DNA of 63,900 nt, filler included, from Olpidium bornovanus S191 (Eukaryota > Fungi > Olpidiomycota): the NCBI GenBank assembly GCA_017911155.1. It is 30 parts of 30 records of this genome, joined end to end, with 100 filler letters (N's around TTAATTAATTAA, not from the genome) between each part and the next. Parts side by side here need not be neighbours in the genome. Positions count along the whole stretch, not along the records: positions 43,950 to 45,773 come from JAEFCI010003798.1; positions 45,874 to 48,050 come from JAEFCI010005430.1; positions 48,151 to 49,205 come from JAEFCI010011781.1; positions 49,306 to 51,476 come from JAEFCI010005851.1; positions 51,577 to 54,933 come from JAEFCI010008343.1; 25 more parts are not named here. One strand, given 5' to 3'. This document shows, in pieces, positions 43,850-55,033 of the stretch (position 1 is the first letter of the stretch; each line of letters opens with the position of its first letter). The position numbers and the translations under genes were made by a program. Under the pieces are notes generated by a model, which was not told the origin of the DNA, searched no databases, and was given only the letters and a program-made list of their open reading frames with translations.

Positions 43850-45009
43850 NNNNNNNNNNNNNNNNNNNNNNNNNNNNNNNNNNNNNNNNNNNNTTAATTA
43901 ATTAANNNNNNNNNNNNNNNNNNNNNNNNNNNNNNNNNNNNNNNNNNNNCATGACGAAAAAGAGTGGGCCTGCGCTTCGGAAGCGGTGGAGCGGCCGGGT
44001 ATTTTTTTTAAATGTTTGTTGTGCACAGCGCGGGGACCGTGAGGGAAGTGAGAGGGGGGAGAGATATGTCGATCTGTTATTTCTTTTTTATTTTTGCAAT
44101 CATTTCCGAGTGCCTGTTTGCGGCGTCGCAACAACTTTATTGCTTTTGTTTCCGTCCACCCTTTTTCTTTGGATGTACATTCTCTCCGAATTTCAAGCAC
44201 TGTATATGTATAATGCATATATATATGTGTATATCGATAACTCAAATTTCGCGCGACCTTTACGTCGGCGGTTGGCGGACGGAGGCCAGGATTGTCGCCG
44301 TACGGCCGGCGAAAAGTGAACAAACCGCTCGCGCACGTCGTCTTTTTGTTACGTTAAATCTGCCCTCCAAATCTGCTCTGCTTTCTAAATCTGCTTTGCC
44401 TTCGAAATCTGGCTGCTCTCAAAACTTTTGCCGCCGGAATCTGTCGTCTGAACCTGCCCTCATTCGAAATCTCCAATTCCACAACGGTAGTGGGAGCCGG
44501 AGTCGGCGCCGGAGCCCGAATTTGCAAACTATTTCCTTTAGCTTTGTGGGCGGCCTTTGTGGGCGGACCGTTCTGTTGTCTCGAAGCTATCAAAAAAGGA
44601 GTCTTCCGCCGCAGGCGTTTCTATTTGTTTTGTGTTATGTAGGTAGGAGAACCAGGAGGGCGCCCGAAATTTCTACAACACTCCTCAGTCGACTAGTGAT
44701 TCGGAGATGATCTATGTAGATATGCAAGGAAAAAAAAAAAGTCTCCGGGTCCGCGGCATTGCCCTCGATGCTGCTGTATCGTCAAAAACTCTTTGGAACA
44801 TTTCAAAGAAAAAAAAAACGTACGAAAAAATGAGTAGAGCACTCGTTCGGGTGCCTGCGCGCGCGGGAATAAAGAAAACATCAGGCGCTTTTCACGGGTT
44901 TGTAGTCACTGTCGCGGGTTACACGACCACTGTCACGTTTAAGATTATTGTCACTCCTCCTCAGAGGAGGCACGTTGGCGCATTCCAGTCAGCTTCGGGG
45001 CAATTTGCA

Positions 45010-45700
45010 ACGTAGTTCGGTAGTGAGCGCCTTCGTGAAAAGATTGGCAACGTTTTCTGCAGATGCAATCTGCTGCCCAAATTGATCTTGGTGCTCAGGA
45101 GTTCGCTCACATAGAAACTTCGGCCCGATGTGCTTCATTCGGTCCCCCTTTGTGAAACATTCGTGTATCTGTGTGATACAGGCTGCGTTTGCCTTTGAAG
45201 ATGACAGTGGTTGCCTCATCATAGATGATCCCGTAAGCCTTATGCACTTGCTTTTCAAGTAATTACAACCAAATTCAATTTCACAATGCTTGATGGAATG
45301 CGATGATTTCTGCGTGATTTGCGGACATTGCCGCGAGCATCTACTTCGTCGGTTTCGAAGAAAACGCGGCGCCATCCCGCAGAAAGACGTAACCGGTTTG
45401 AGTCTTAGTTTTGTGGTGGATTCGAAAAGTATTCCGCGTTGGCGTAACCAATAGTTTCCGGACCAGCCGTTTTAGAGCAGAGTCTTGCCTGAGATCTTCG
45501 GTGGCGCGAAGGGTACCTGAGAAAACGCTTTACTCCTCCTCGTCGGCTTCGTGCTGTGCCGAGCAAGAAAGTTAACCGCGAGCGCGGTGTCCAGGCAGGT
45601 TGATATCGCATTGCAACATTGCAGACGGTGCGTGTGATGAAGCACATTTCGGCTTTAGGGTTAGCGTAGCCGTGCGCAACGAGCGTCCGACAGTGTCCTT
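45010..45700 (-). mobile_element. Degenerate Ty1/copia RT end plus RNase H
   Basis: VKRFLRY...IGYANAEY; TQTGYVFLRDGAAFS; NHAEIIA; RMKHIGPKF...SAENVANLFTKAL. Many stops and frameshifts. Confidence 0.85.
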
Positions 45701-45873
45701 GACAATGCAAACGACTTAGATTTTTAGGTTGTGGCGGATAAATGCGGCCCGGGGAAGCCGGACGACTTCCATGNNNNNNNNNNNNNNNNNNNNNNNNNNN
45801 NNNNNNNNNNNNNNNNNTTAATTAATTAANNNNNNNNNNNNNNNNNNNNNNNNNNNNNNNNNNNNNNNNNNNN

Positions 45874-45994
45874 CGTTGACCGCTCGTTTCGGAACTGGAC
45901 TTTGCTGCAGAGCCATATGAGGGACGAACACCGGCCCGTCTGTCTCAAGTGCGAAAAGACTTTCACGCGGAGGGACAATCTAGTTAAACACATG
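45874..45994 (+). CDS. C2H2 zinc-finger fragment, truncated at CATG
   Basis: LQSHMRDEHRPVCLKCEKTFTRRDNLVKHM; the second His is missing and unrelated sequence follows 45994. Confidence 0.6.
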
Positions 45995-46558
45995 CCAGCG
46001 TTTCTGGGCGTTCTACCGTTTGCCCGTCTCACCCGGTGGCCTTCTCCCTCCGTCACGTGATCGGACTTCCCCACCCGCAAACGCACACGCAACTCTGGCA
46101 CGATCTCGCCGGCGATCCTCACGCCCCTCCACCGGTCGACACCCGCCCTCTCTTCTTTAGGCGGCGGTGCTGCGGCCGCGGGCGTGCTTCCTTCCTTCCT
46201 GCCCGCGCTCCTCCCTGGCTGCGTGGGAAATACCCGGTTTGGGTGGGGAATAGGAAGGAAGAGACCCGTCCACGCTCTTGTGGTGCTGCCGCTGTTCTTG
46301 TTGTTGTTTGCTGGACCGCCGCCCCGCGGCTGCAGCCAAGGCACCAGGCGGGAAAGAGAGGGGAGAGTGAGGGCGGCGGGTGGCGCGCTGGTAGAACAAG
46401 AGAAAGAAGAAGAGCCGGAGAGAGGTCCGGGAGGCCGGGCGGCGGCGCGCAGCGGTCGTTGGTCGGGCTGCGCAGCGAGCCGGCGTTCGGGCGGTTGGTG
46501 AGCCGCCGTGGGGATCGTCGCTGCTCCCTTTCAAAGTCCGGCCGCGCGCGCGGGGGCC

Positions 46559-48050
46559 ATGGTCTGCGGCAGGCGGAGAGGCAGCTCACAAGAAAAGGGA
46601 GAAGTGTGCGCAGAGGAGCCGGAGCGGGAGGAGACAGGCGAAGAAGGGCCGGAGGCCGGAGGTTCCCAGCAAGCGGCAGCAACGGTGACAGGATCACCGG
46701 AACCGATGGCCGCGACCGAAGACCCTCCGCCGCCTGCCGGGACGCTCGCCGGGCGGAGAGGCGTCTCCGCAGCGGTGAGGCGACAGCCGCTTTTGGTGGC
46801 GACGCGCAGGCGGTCCAGCGGCCGCTCTTCGACGGCCGCCGCTACTTCTCCCGCTCCTACCCCGGCGCCGATGTCGTCGTGTCCGGCAGCTGCTCCGGAG
46901 CCGGAAGAGGTGAAGAACATCTTCTCGGGCCAACTCACCGCGAACGAGAAGCTGCAGATCATATGCCGTCATACGCCTTGCGAGAAGGGCAAGAACCGGA
47001 TTGAGGAAGAGACACCTTGCCAAGCTGCTGACGTCTCCGGGAGCGGCGATCATCAGCAGGCGCACCAGCGCTCGCAGTCGGCAAGCTGCGCGTGCCTCGG
47101 TTGGCGGCCGCGAAGCAGCGGCCTGTTGACGTCGCCGTCGCCGACCGCCGGTGGTGCGTCGGCTGCGATGCCGCCGGCCCGCTCCGGTGTGCCACCGTCG
47201 GCTTTAGTCGTTCTCCCGCCGGTCGGCGAGCGCGTCCGGAAAGACGTCTGCCTGTGCGGGCACCGCTTGGTTGACCACGGCGGCGCCTATACTCACGGCG
47301 AGGCGGAGTTTAAGAGACGGCTGGCTATCGCTTTGGAAATCGAACGCGTCCTTCTTGAAAAAGGCAAGGGCCAAGTGCCCGACTATTATCTCGACGAGGA
47401 CATCATCCGATTGCGAGCGTAGGTCCATAACGCACCCTTACCGCGTTCGACCGTCTGTCGGCCCTTGGCGACCGTAACCGCCATGTTCTACTTTCGCTAC
47501 TTATTTTTAAAAAAATCTGTTGTCATTTATCCTGTCTTTCGCCTTCGGGTTACCACGTGTGAGAACAGCGAGCTTAATGAAAGAAAGCGTTCGGTAGACT
47601 CAGACAACGACTCGGATCTAGAACGATCAGGTTGAGTTTCCAAGTTTTATATTTCTCGCGTTTACCTGTGCTTTGTGCCGTTTTCTGCCCCTTCACCTTG
47701 TTTGACGCCGTCGCTGCTATGATTAGGCGTGTCGCGAACAAAGCGCCGGTTTTCGATTGACGGCACCACTTCGCACGTAATCGATACGTCTGAAGGAAGT
47801 AAGAAGCTTAAACTTGAACTACCGGGCGAAGAAAGCAAGGAATCAGAACCAGAAAGTACGTCTGTCCCGCTGGCACAGATATCGGTCAAGCCGCAGCTGG
47901 CCTCTTGTGTTTCGCAGCGCGCTCCTCTAACCGGAGCATACGGCGTGAACACAGAAGTGGTGGTTCCGGCGTGCATCGAAACCAGACGACTGCCAAGAGC
48001 GCCGACTCGAAGGCCCAGCGCGGATGGCGTACGTTCTGAACAGTCCATGA
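46559..48050 (+). CDS. GCN5: Probable Gcn5/PCAF histone acetyltransferase, N-terminal PCAF-N-like region; exons about 46559-47418, 47569-47630, 47727-48050
   Basis: ANEKLQIICRHTPC...CACLGWRP...VCLCGHRLVDH...EAEFKRRLAIALEIERVL matches the PCAF-N pattern (KLEKL...C...C.C.GW...C.H.L..H...EE..RLL.I.LD.E). Splice phases are consistent. The HAT domain is not in the contig. Confidence 0.65.
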
Positions 48051-48276
48051 NNNNNNNNNNNNNNNNNNNNNNNNNNNNNNNNNNNNNNNNNNNNTTAATT
48101 AATTAANNNNNNNNNNNNNNNNNNNNNNNNNNNNNNNNNNNNNNNNNNNNATCTGAGGATTGGGATCATATGCCTTCCGGTTGGAAAAAAACGTCCGCGT
48201 CGCCGACAACGGTTGTTTGGATTTAGTCTCCGGATCACCCGTGCGAGAAATTCTCTCTTCCCCCCCCCACCACCCC

Positions 48277-48301
<25 letters not shown>

Positions 48302-48307
<6 letters not shown>

Positions 48308-48867
48308 GCACCCGCCGCCGCGAGGGAACGCTCCCCAAAGGCCGCGCGCTGGTGGGAGCACGCCCGCCCTTACCCGCGTAGCGACGCCGAGAGGCAGGCC
48401 GCGTTTCCCGACCCCAGGGCCTTCGACCGGAGGCTGCGCTCCGGCGAGACCGTGCAGGCGCTGCGCGCCGAACTGCGGGGCGCCCTCGCCTTGAGGCAGC
48501 GCGATGAGGTGAACGCCCTGCTGGACGCGCAGTTCTGGGACGCCGAATCTTGGACCGCGGACGCGCAGGCCGCGAGCGACGAGCTACTTCGCCGGGCGAA
48601 GGGGAAGAGGAAACGCCGCGGCTCTGACGACGGAGCGCAGGCCACCGTCGTCCCTTCGCGCGTTGCCTACCACCACTCGAGTGCGGTGCGTGAAAACGAG
48701 TGGGGCGCGCGCGCCGAGTGTGGGCACCTTCGAAAATTTACAAAAATGCTGCTGATCCGCGGGCGACCGGAAGCGCGGTCCCGAGCTAAGGCGATCTGCC
48801 GCGGGTGGCAAACCCCCCTCTGCACCAGGGCGATCTCGAGGCGGAGTCGTTGGTCAACGAGCTGAAC
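48302..48867 (+). CDS. Hypothetical protein, 5' exons 48302-48685 and 48774-48867
   Basis: ATG-started helical ORF (WWEHARPYP...LLDAQFWDAESW) with plausible GT/AG sites; no family recognised. Confidence 0.5.
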
Positions 48868-49759
48868 GTGCGTATTTTAGGCTGAAACAAGTTAGGCGAG
48901 CCCTCCGCAAGAATTGTTCGGCGTAGTACTGTCTTGATTCTCAAACTACAACGTGCTTCACAACGCGCTTCGTGCCGAATTCCGCCTCAACCCGGCGAAA
49001 ATATGTCCCTGACAGCGGCTTCTTGCATGGGATCGGAAACTCCTGGATATTGCACATCGGAGAGCCCTCGGCGAACTCAAACTTAGACAGTTAAGGGAGT
49101 CGAGGAACCTATTGAGGGGCCTCTACCTTGCGGAAAATGCGTGGACGGTTCCAATGGGCGAGGCTTTAATCTATCACTCTGCGGCGCGAACGCCTGCGGC
49201 ACATGNNNNNNNNNNNNNNNNNNNNNNNNNNNNNNNNNNNNNNNNNNNNTTAATTAATTAANNNNNNNNNNNNNNNNNNNNNNNNNNNNNNNNNNNNNNN
49301 NNNNNCATGAGGTGGAGAAAATTACCGGGAAATGAATGCGCCAGGGCAGACGGCAGTTTCTTGCCCTCTGGTTGGGCGACGACGCCACCGAAGCTATGTG
49401 GGAGGACACTGAAGCATTAATCAATGCCCAAGAAGCAGTTGCCGTATTTGAGGCTTTGACAAACTCATCTTGATTTAAACAAAAAGAAGGGTTTGCTAAT
49501 CGTGCATCCTGGGTCGGTGTCTGTCACGTCCTTAAAAATTGTGGTGTGATCATCACCCGCAGGCTCAGAGTGCATGAGGTTACCATCATTACCTGAAGGT
49601 TCAGAGCACCTTGAACCCAGGTCCTGGCCCGAATCCCCTTGTCGTGACAAATGACCACAACCGCTGCGGGATTGCATGCGCCATTGTCCGGCGCTTCTCA
49701 TGGTTTTCAAAAAGTCCATCACGGCGGTGCCGTGAGGTTCTCGATTGGAAAAAACGAAG

Positions 49760-50290
49760 AGCTGTATAGGCTGGATAAGCTGTGTTCGCTTGGCATCACT
49801 GCGCTCTTTTGCTTTGGCGTGGAGGTCAGCGGGAATCAAAGGGCAATCCCCTGGAAAATGGCCGATCTGTCCACAGAATTTGCAAGAGAAACGGGGTGCC
49901 CGAGGGGGCCTATGGCTCTGGCCCCTCTGGGTACAAGAGGAACTGGTCCCGGTCTTTGGATTACGGCGGTTGGTGCACTCGGTTTCGGACCGGAAGGCTT
50001 GTCCAGACCAGAACGTGTGTTGGCGGGCGAGTGTGTCGGGTGATAGCCGCAAATTTTAGAGCGGCATCTTGGTAGGCCAAAAGGGAAGTAATGTTGCCGG
50101 GTATGGCGGCAATGGCGGGCCTGACAGTGTCGGTTAAACCATCAAGATAAGGACCATTTGGCCATGGTCGTTTGGTCGTTCAATTCCCCATTAAAAGGGC
50201 AGCCATGGCGTTAAATTTTAGTGTATATGCCTGAACGGTATCTGTCTGGTAAAGTTGCTGGAGTTGACGACTGACAGCCAAAAAATCATA
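49760..50290 (-). mobile_element. Retrotransposon gag remnant with CCHC zinc knuckle
   Basis: QLQQLYQTDTVQAYTLKFNAMA...YLDGLTDTVRPAIA (Retrotrans_gag-like, with a stop) and CKFCGQIGHFPGDCP. Confidence 0.75.
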
Positions 50291-51299
50291 AGAAGGGGCA
50301 AAGTGTGTTTGAAGTAAAGCTTGTGGTGGGGCCCGCTCCGCGAGACACCGAGTTCCCATGGCGAGCCATAGCTAGAGATAGACCAACGCTCTTACGGGCT
50401 ATTGTATTAACCGATGAGTTAGCGCCATGCAGTAGCAGGTTCACCCAAGGATCGATGAAGCTCGCCCAGGCTCGCCCTGGGTGCCACATTGCGCGTGCCA
50501 ACGTGAGAGCGTGAAGACATGTCAGTGTGAGGGCGGACCCAGTAGGTCCCTCGGGGCTGTGTTGGCCCCGGGGTGGTGGCCCCCGGGGCTGTGTTGGGCT
50601 CGGGGATGGTGTATGACTTATGGTCCGGGTGGGACCCCGGCTCCGCCCAGGGCTCTGCCCCGGTTCCACTCTTCGCCCGCAACATTAGCCCCTCGCACGG
50701 TGGCCAGCCGCCGAAGGCCAGCACCCGAGTGTAAGTTGCTGCACCCTGTCTTCCGGACACATGAGCTCATCGGAGAGTTGACGATGACCCTTTGGCAAAG
50801 TTCTCAGACCATATCACGGGCTTAGCCCTCCGTGTGGTGGCCAACCGCTAAAGGCCCGTGCCTGTGCATAAGCTGAGGCCCTCTCCTGTCAGGATGTGTC
50901 GCCTCTCACAGGCACCGGAAGGGTCCCCACACCGACAGCATGCTCACGCACCTCAAGCTTAACCTGCAAGCCTCTGCGGGTGTTGTCCGATCACCAGGGG
51001 TCTGCCACATTCCGATACTTGTTCACAGCCTGAGTCACCGCTGTGATGGCAGTAGGAAGCTCTGGTCGCCGCGCCATGTTTTTTTTCGCCCTGCGTCTTT
51101 CGTCTTTCTTTCCTTCTTCCATTCCTTTCCCGAGAAATGATTTTTTGTCCCCAGAGGGCGGCCAGGCCCGTCTTTTATGTTTGCCGAGCTGCCAGAAATT
51201 TGATTTGGCTTCGGCACTGCCGTCCGCTGGTGCACCTATCCGCCGCGCAGACTCCGTCACGGCTTTGCCGCCAAAGCTTGCGCACACAACTTTTGCGTG

Positions 51300-51476
51300 A
51301 CACTCTTCCCGACATAACTTTTACGGACACAACTTTCCACGACACACACACACTTTTTCTGACACAACTTTTCCCGACACACTTTTCCCGACGCACTCTT
51401 CCCGTCACCCTTTTCCCGACACATTTTCCCGACACACTTTTACCGACACACCTTTTCCGACACTTTTCCCGACATG
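51300..51476. repeat. Degenerate satellite of about 14-15-bp units (ACACTTTTCCCGAC), about 12 copies
   Basis: Repeated CAC..TTTTCCCGAC variants up to the contig end. Confidence 0.85.
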
Positions 51477-51576
51477 NNNNNNNNNNNNNNNNNNNNNNNN
51501 NNNNNNNNNNNNNNNNNNNNTTAATTAATTAANNNNNNNNNNNNNNNNNNNNNNNNNNNNNNNNNNNNNNNNNNNN

Positions 51577-53060
51577 CCCTCTTCGGTTTGATAACCTTTC
51601 TCGTTTGATCAATTCTTGTCAGTCACCAACTTGAGACCGGGCAAAGTATTAAAACCCCCTCTTTTTTATACGATCAAATTGGGCCGGTCTCCATGCATAA
51701 TCTGATTTGATATTGCAGTACTAATGACTGTTTACTAGATCGCTCACGTGCCCATTCTAAAGTACCTACTGATCAAGCGATGTACCTTTTTCCGCTCGCC
51801 CTGCTAGCTGATCTTGTCTTAGATTTGGGCGATGTACTTACCGAGTACCGGATTCATTTCGCCTTGCTGAATCATGAACGCTGGGACATTTGCGAGCCAA
51901 GTTACCGCCTCGGAGCGATTTAAGGCGGGAAACGGCTCCCTGTCATCATCTTCCTCCTCGGCAGCTGGTTGACGCAAATGCAAATCATCCAAGATTGTGT
52001 CATCTGTCACAGGTGTGATGATCGTTGTTCTCGTCCAAGTGATTCGGCATGTCCATCGGGTCGCGATACTTTAAACGTTCGATTTGCGATTCGTTTTCTT
52101 GAACCAGCAAAGTCGGGCGGCTCAGGGTTGTCGAGCGGCGTCAGGTTTGCGATCGTCCCCGAATCTTGCAATGTCGAAATCAATTGTTGAACGGTTTTCG
52201 GGCTGGACGTCCAGCTTCCAGGCCGTCGCGGCGCGAGTTGACTTCCCTCAAGCAAGCATATTTTTTTCTTTTTTTGATGCGGGCCGGGCAGCAAGAAGTT
52301 TGAGTCGACGGCCGGCGATCGGCCTTGAAATTTTGCGAAGTTGATTTCGGCGTCACAAGGTTGGGATTTTTGATGGTGATGTTTGGCGGAAGGTAGTTGA
52401 AGCTTCGTGTTCTGCGGCTCGATGCCGTGTGTCAAAAGCTTGCCGCGGCTGAATGGCGGGCCCTACAGCTGTCCAGGATCAGGATGACGTTCCAACCTTC
52501 CATACGATGACCAAACGCCTTCATCCAGAGGCAAAATAGATTTGAAAGTCATCCAAGGGGCTGGAGTTCACATGGTACTGGCACCCTAGTGAAGCCGCAA
52601 TTTGAGCTTTGTCGGAACCATCAACGTTGGCGCAGATTGCCATAGTGGCCCGCTCATTGTTCCGCACGCGCGACCTTCGAGCTGTTTGGTTTCCCACAAG
52701 CTGTCGGCTTGCATGCGTCGGAACAGTCCAGTTTCATCCGTATTGTAGATGTACTTCAAATCGTATTCGTTGAGGATGCGACGTATGTTTGCGATTCTTC
52801 CTCAATCACCTGCACGCCAACTCAACCGCTCTCGCGAAAACGCTTGTTCGATTCGATTTTGCGGCATTGTTCGAAAAACCAAGCCGTCCGTTTTAAGAAC
52901 TTGATCGTAGGGCCCATCGAGGTACAGCTGCGCAAAGAATTGATCAGCCTTAATCTTGATCAGCTCGCCCGCGCAACAGATGTTGATGCCATCACGTTCC
53001 GTCGGCATTGCAATTTTCCTAAAAAATCTGCATTGCACTTGCCTCCTTACCGGAGATATT
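51577..53060 (-). mobile_element. pogo/Fot1-like DNA transposon: CENPB-HTH plus DDE_1 transposase pseudogene, with a TIR-like left end
   Basis: ELIKIKADQF...LKTDG; EYDLKYIYNTDETGLFRRMQ; ERATMAICANVDGSDK; PWMT...NVILILDSC; NYLPPNIT; acidic C-terminus. The left end (TTTGATAACC...ACTTGAGACCGG) resembles the TIR at 11340-11415. Confidence 0.88.
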
Positions 53061-54047
53061 GATCTGTGCCTCGTTTGCTCGAATCCACGCAAGGAGCGCT
53101 TTGTCAAGGCGTGGGAACTTTCACATCCCGATGAGCTTTTGCATCTGTTGCAGGGGGCTGGTCTTCGTCGAGTAGCTTGTCGAACAGTCAAAGAGTGTTG
53201 GAGACAGTGGATTGAATGATCATGATTTTATGTGTGACCTTGTCTCATTAGACGAGGGCTCTCTATGTCGCCAATGGGTTATCTCACCGATATTGACAGA
53301 TCGCGCGGCGTAAACCACCGGTCAAGGTCCGGCGTGTCGAACATTTCGAAATGCCAACACGTGGTGATGGTAAAATTTGGGTTGGGGGACGGGGGCGGAA
53401 GCGGAGGGTGGTTGGCGCGCACCCGCAGGTGGACGCGTTTTCGTATAACCGGCCGGCGAACCTCAAAACCTGCCGAGACAAAGCCGTATGGAATTGCTGA
53501 CAAACTGCGACGGGAAACGCGTTTCAATGGCCAAAACAATGCATAAATGTTAACATCTCTTTTGATGAAAAAGCGCCGGTCCCGGTCAGATCTAAACAGA
53601 GGGGGTTCCACTGCATTTGGCTTTTTTTGTTGTGAAACACGAGACCTCCACGATGACCTCCACGGGGACCCCCTCCGCCATGGCGCCGCGGGGACCCTCT
53701 CCGCCATGGCGCACCGCCGTGGTGACATGGAAGGAGTTATGGAAGGAGCCATGGAGGGGGCCATGGAGGGATATATAAGGAGAGCCTCTTTACGTTTCAC
53801 CTCCGGTTTACTCACAGAGCACAATAAGCACCAAACACGACAACGGACAGGGCTCCCGTTTTCCAACACTTCGGTTTTTTTTTTTTTTTTTTTTTGGGGT
53901 GTGGGCGGGAGGGACATTTTCCCACCGCCGCGGCCGCAGGAAAGAAAGGAAACGCGGGAGGAAAAAGGCCGGAAAGCCAGAAAAAAAAAGAGGAAACGCG
54001 CCTCCCGCCGCGTTCGCCGCGCGCGCGCGCCCGGAAGAAGCGGCGTG

Positions 54048-54933
54048 ATGGGCAGCCGCTACTCGGTGCACAACCGCCGGTACATCCGAGGTTAGTCCAT
54101 CGGCTTTTTTTTATTTATACTGCGCGTCGCAACTCCCGCCTGTTTACAGCCTCTCAACCGCTCTCGGGGGTTCGCGCCCTTCCTCTTTTCCCCCGCCCCC
54201 TCCAGTCTCGGACGACACCGTGGTGCCCGTGTCAATCTATCTCCAGGAAAAAAACGCGAGCTGGTTCGACGACGGCAAGCTCCAGCAGAGTACGACGGGC
54301 TCCCTCCCGTTTTTTTGTTTTCTTTTCACTCTTCGCGCCTTCCCTTCCTCCCCCTCCTCCCCGGCCCTCCCGCACGGCGAGGTCGGGTGTCGGACGGGCG
54401 GGTGGGGTGGGCGAGGAAACGCGCGAGCCAGCCGGGAGAGATGCCGCCGTCCCTCGTGAGAAACAAAAAAGAAAAAGGAAGCCCTCACGCAATATTGGCC
54501 TGGCCACAAAAACATTTTTCTTTTCAGTCCTGGCGTGTCTGCAACCGGTGCTGGTGGAAAAGTTGAACGCCTTTGATCCCAAAAAGGACGGGAAGAACGT
54601 TGTCGCGGACGTTTTCCGCACCCGTACGTCCAATTTTTGTTTCAAACCTGCCCCATCCCTTATTTTAGGGTGGCCGAGGTGAGGGTGGAGGAGGAAGGGG
54701 GGTGGGTGGTGAGGGCGCGGAGCAGTTCCCAATAATCTTGCTGTTGGAGCTTTGGCTGCTGAAAACAATCCGGGAGGCCGGCGAGTGAAAATTGTCTTGA
54801 CCGAGGGTCTGAAGCCCGGGGCTACTGCCGCTTCCCCTCTTCCACCCACCCGCCTTTCGCCCGCGCGCGTGTGTAGAGAATGTTCAGTTCGCATACTACG
54901 TCCGATCGACGGACACGCGGCACGCCGTCATGC
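54048..54933 (+). CDS. SLX4IP/UPF0492-like small protein, 5' part; exons 54048-54090, 54206-54289, 54528-54623, 54877-54933
   Basis: Four phase-consistent exons give MGSRYSVHNRRYIRVSDDTVVPVSIYLQEKNASWFDDGKLQQILACLQPVLVEKL...DVFRTQNVQFAYYVRSTDTRHAVM. The gene is well supported; the family call is tentative. Confidence 0.7.
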
Positions 54934-55033
54934 NNNNNNNNNNNNNNNNNNNNNNNNNNNNNNNNNNNNNNNNNNNNTTAATTAATTAANNNNNNNNNNN
55001 NNNNNNNNNNNNNNNNNNNNNNNNNNNNNNNNN

